Below, in pieces: positions 55,605 to 64,000 of a stretch of 64,000 bases of DNA. The DNA is taken from assembly GCF_009914755.1 (NCBI RefSeq), contig NC_060941.1; one strand, 5' to 3'. Numbering within the stretch: position 1 is the first letter of the stretch; each line of letters starts with the position of its first letter. Source of the DNA: the human T2T-CHM13v2.0 reference genome, Homo sapiens. The notes under the pieces are model-generated. The model did not search any database, was not told the origin of the DNA, and worked only from the letters and a program-made list of their open reading frames with translations. The position numbers and the translations under genes were made by a program.

Positions 55605-57242
55605 CTAAAGAGGAAAACCCCAAAGAGAATTAGTATTTCTTCCAAGCCGCAACAAATTAGCTATCAGCCTTTAGACAGACAAACAAAATCCCAACTATGA
55701 AAACAGAATCATGCAGTACAGTTAGGAATCATTTCTATGGAAAAGTTTTTAACAGAATCTTGAACTAAAAACAAGATTCCTTTCTCCACTCCTCTTTGCC
55801 TATTTGATGAATAATTCTTAAATTTGACAGATGAGAAATAGATAGTACTGGCTGTAATAATGAAGACTGTTTTTGCCTTCCCTATATTGGTTCCATCTTA
55901 CTCGTTCTACATTACAGATGCCTTGGATCACTGATGTCAATTTGAAAACTATTACTGGAATTCATAACACAGAAAACAGAGATGAAACAGTAGTTATTCA
56001 CAAGACCCTGTTAGTTTGTAAAATGGCACACAACAAGTTGCATATTCTTTATCCACTAGGGGTTCTAAAGACATGGCTGCTTACATTTTCTGCCAAGTTC
56101 ACAAGGGCCAAACTAGTAAGACCAAACTAGCAGGATCAATCTATGGCTCACTTTACTGGCCTATTTCAAATGAGTATTAGATTTCTGTCATTCTGATCAG
56201 TGGTTTCGTTTCACCTGAATTAGGCTACGTTGAAACAGACAAGGAGCTCATATTTAAAAGCAATGGAATCAGGATTGTATTTCCCTTAAGGACTGGTGTT
56301 ACACTTTGGCTTGGGGGCATTCTTTCCACTGGGCAGAGTTCAGGCTATGGAGAGATTCCTTTTTTCCTCTTAATTAACAGTGAAGTTTACTCTTTCTAAT
56401 ATAAATTGTTCTTATATGCATAAACATTAGAAAAAAGATTAAGTAACATTCAGAAATAAGTTGCATGATACAGACTGTGAATTGGAACTATAGCATCTTC
56501 TGTCCTTACCTATAACTATTTTTTCCAAATCAAAAAAGAAGTAATATCCTAAATTGAAAACTTCATAAAAATTATATGCACTGCATCAAAAAACATAAAT
56601 TATGCTTTAATATGTAAAGAAAGTGGTATACTCATAATATCTCATAGCACTTATACACTGTTACAAAATTCTAAAATAATTACAACTGCATTTAGAAATT
56701 AGGTACTTGATAATAAAGAAAATAAGAAACTCATGAAATAATGGGAATTTGTAAAGAAGCTAAATCTAGTATTGTTTTTGAAATCATTTTATCTGACGAA
56801 GTTTTGAAGTATAATAAAATCTTTCATGTTCAAAATGTCTTCAATTAAAACTAATGATATTACTTAGAAAAAAGTGTCCTAGTAATTACAACTTGATTTT
56901 GAAAACTCACAACCTCACGGGGGGTCATAAGCAGTTAAACGTCTACACTGAAAAGTATCATCGACTCATTTAATGTTGTATGACTGATATTCATGAAATA
57001 AGCCACTTTCTTCTTATTTCTTCTCTATCAGACAAGCTGGTGGTAAATTTTGTGTCTCTGGTCAGCCTCTGTCTGCAAACTCTTCTCAGGAGTGGAGGCT
57101 GCACTACCTGCCTTACTTCCTACATCCCTCACTTCCGTATCATTCCGACCCTCACATAGAAAACCACCTACAACATCTGCCAAAATACACTGCTTTTCAG
57201 AAAACAAAAATAGTAAAGCCAGAAGAATAGAAAAACACTCAC

Positions 57243-57278
57243 CCTGATTCGCTCTGGTTTACTTACAAGAAATGACAT
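57243..57278 (-). CDS. STRADA: STRADA first coding segment MSFLVSKPERIR (exon 2 extends to 57322 as 5' UTR)
   Basis: ATG at 57278; gtgagt donor; ccttttag acceptor at 57323. Confidence 0.95.
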
Positions 57279-57467
57279 GAGTTCCTACTGTGTAGACCTA
57301 CTTCAGTTTCAAAAACTTAAACCTAAAAGGAAAATAGAAACAGGTTGAGTTAGCAAAAATCTCCTTATAGAGAAATATCTTCTGATTAACAAAAACTTAT
57401 TACAGGTCTACCATTCAAAGCACTGGACTTCACCTATAAATTGCTAGATTTGTTTAGAGAAACTTTA

Positions 57468-62052
<4,585 letters not shown>

Positions 62053-62458
62053 AACTAAAAACCATTTCCTAAGAAGATTTTGGGCCTGCCAATGGGCACA
62101 AGCTAGACACACTTTTGCAAAGAGATAGGATACCCTTCTGTTCAGGTATGAATCTTTATCAGACTCCTCAATGTTCACTACTAAATGTTTAAGACATATG
62201 GGTCATATATAACTGACAATAAAACAGCAGTAATCCTGGTATTTGTCAGAATACAATCTTTTTTTTTTTATTTCCTTTTAAAAATTGTATTCAGTTCTCT
62301 TGCTTTTTCTTCTTCCTTTTATCTTTGCTTTTCTATTCTTGTTTATCTTATTTTTCATCTCAAGTGGAACTGGCTCAAAGAATACAATCTTCAACCCACT
62401 CCCATTCCCATATCTCTCAAAAGACCAATTTAAAGAAATAGTATTTACAGACTGGGAT

Positions 62459-62992
62459 TCTGCAGAAGAAGGGTTAATATAGCAGGCCTAACTTCTTATC
62501 CTTTAAAAAGTCTGCTTACGTGGTTAGCCACTGGCTGGCATTGGGGAACTTGGATTTTGAGAGATTTCCCATTTTCCTAAAAATGACAAGAGTGGCTTAT
62601 TATGCCTAAACTATTTGTACAAACAGTATGGTTTATGCTGAACACCTGCTTTCCTTCTGGGAGTCCAGTTTTGATACATGCCAGGCACAGGCTGCCTACA
62701 TGACCATCCTGGGTATGGAGTTTCTAATGAGCTTTCCTGGTTGATAACATTTCACACATGCTACCACAACTTCTTGCTTTGAGTCCTGTGTCACTCTACT
62801 GGGGAGGATCCTTGGAAGTTTGCTCCTGGTTTCCCCCAGACTTCACCCCATGTGCTGTTTCCCTTTGCTGGTTTTTCTTTGTATTCTTCTGTTGAAATAA
62901 ATCCTAGCCATGAATGTGACTATATGCTGAGTGCTGTGAGTCCTCCTAGTGAATTACTGAACCTGAGGGTGTTCTTGGGAACCTCCAATACA
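62459..62992 (+). mobile_element. MER68-like ERVL solo LTR
   Basis: tgcagaagaagggttaatatagcaggcc start; internal AATAAA; ...aataca end; perfect 5-bp TSD gggat at 62454-62458 and 62993-62997. Confidence 0.85.
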
Positions 62993-63265
62993 GGGATACC
63001 TGAAGGAAATTATTTTAAATGTTCTAAATCTATTCCTGGATTAAGGCTGGCCAATGGATGGCTACAGGCCTAGGTCTTACTCTATTTGCCTCCAATAAAA
63101 TTATTTTTACTGAACTGTACTTGAATAGCCTTTATTTTATATCAAAAGCTCTAAGAAACTTGTCACTGTTTTCAATAAGAATGTTCTAAAAATGCTTTTA
63201 TTACTGTGTTCACTAAATGAGAAGAGGCAGAGGAAATGTCATTCTGGATTAAGAATCAGGGATAG

Positions 63266-64000
<735 letters not shown>

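Overview
Human-type (primate, Alu-rich) genomic DNA, recognisable from the encoded proteins as the MAP3K3-LIMD2-STRADA locus (human 17q23.3). Plus strand: the last 10 coding exons of MAP3K3/MEKK3 (10672-22684, residues ~168-626 including the whole kinase domain) and a 2.5-kb 3' UTR ending near 25210. Minus strand: the complete LIMD2 gene (127-aa LIM-only protein, CDS 28203-27457, CpG-island promoter near 29.0-29.1 kb), whose 3' UTR overlaps the MAP3K3 3' UTR by ~400 nt, and all 12 coding exons of the pseudokinase STRADA (ATG at 57278, stop at 32508, 431 aa; non-coding exon 1 is not identified here and probably lies beyond the window). All exon boundaries were checked for GT-AG and reading phase. 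A probable plus-strand lncRNA runs from the CpG island to an AATAAA at 31571. The introns hold dozens of Alus, MLT1 and MER68 solo LTRs, hAT DNA-transposon remnants, and L1/L2/MIR fragments. Most ORFs in the supplied track are Alu-derived or GC-rich artefacts. I found no well-supported new biological system. The best leads are local: splice-site oddities, a 3'-UTR ORF, an Alu with a twin-priming-type 5' inversion, apparent Alu-Alu gene conversion, and a short structured retro-insert. Repeat coordinates are approximate and subfamily names come from recalled consensus sequences, not from a search.
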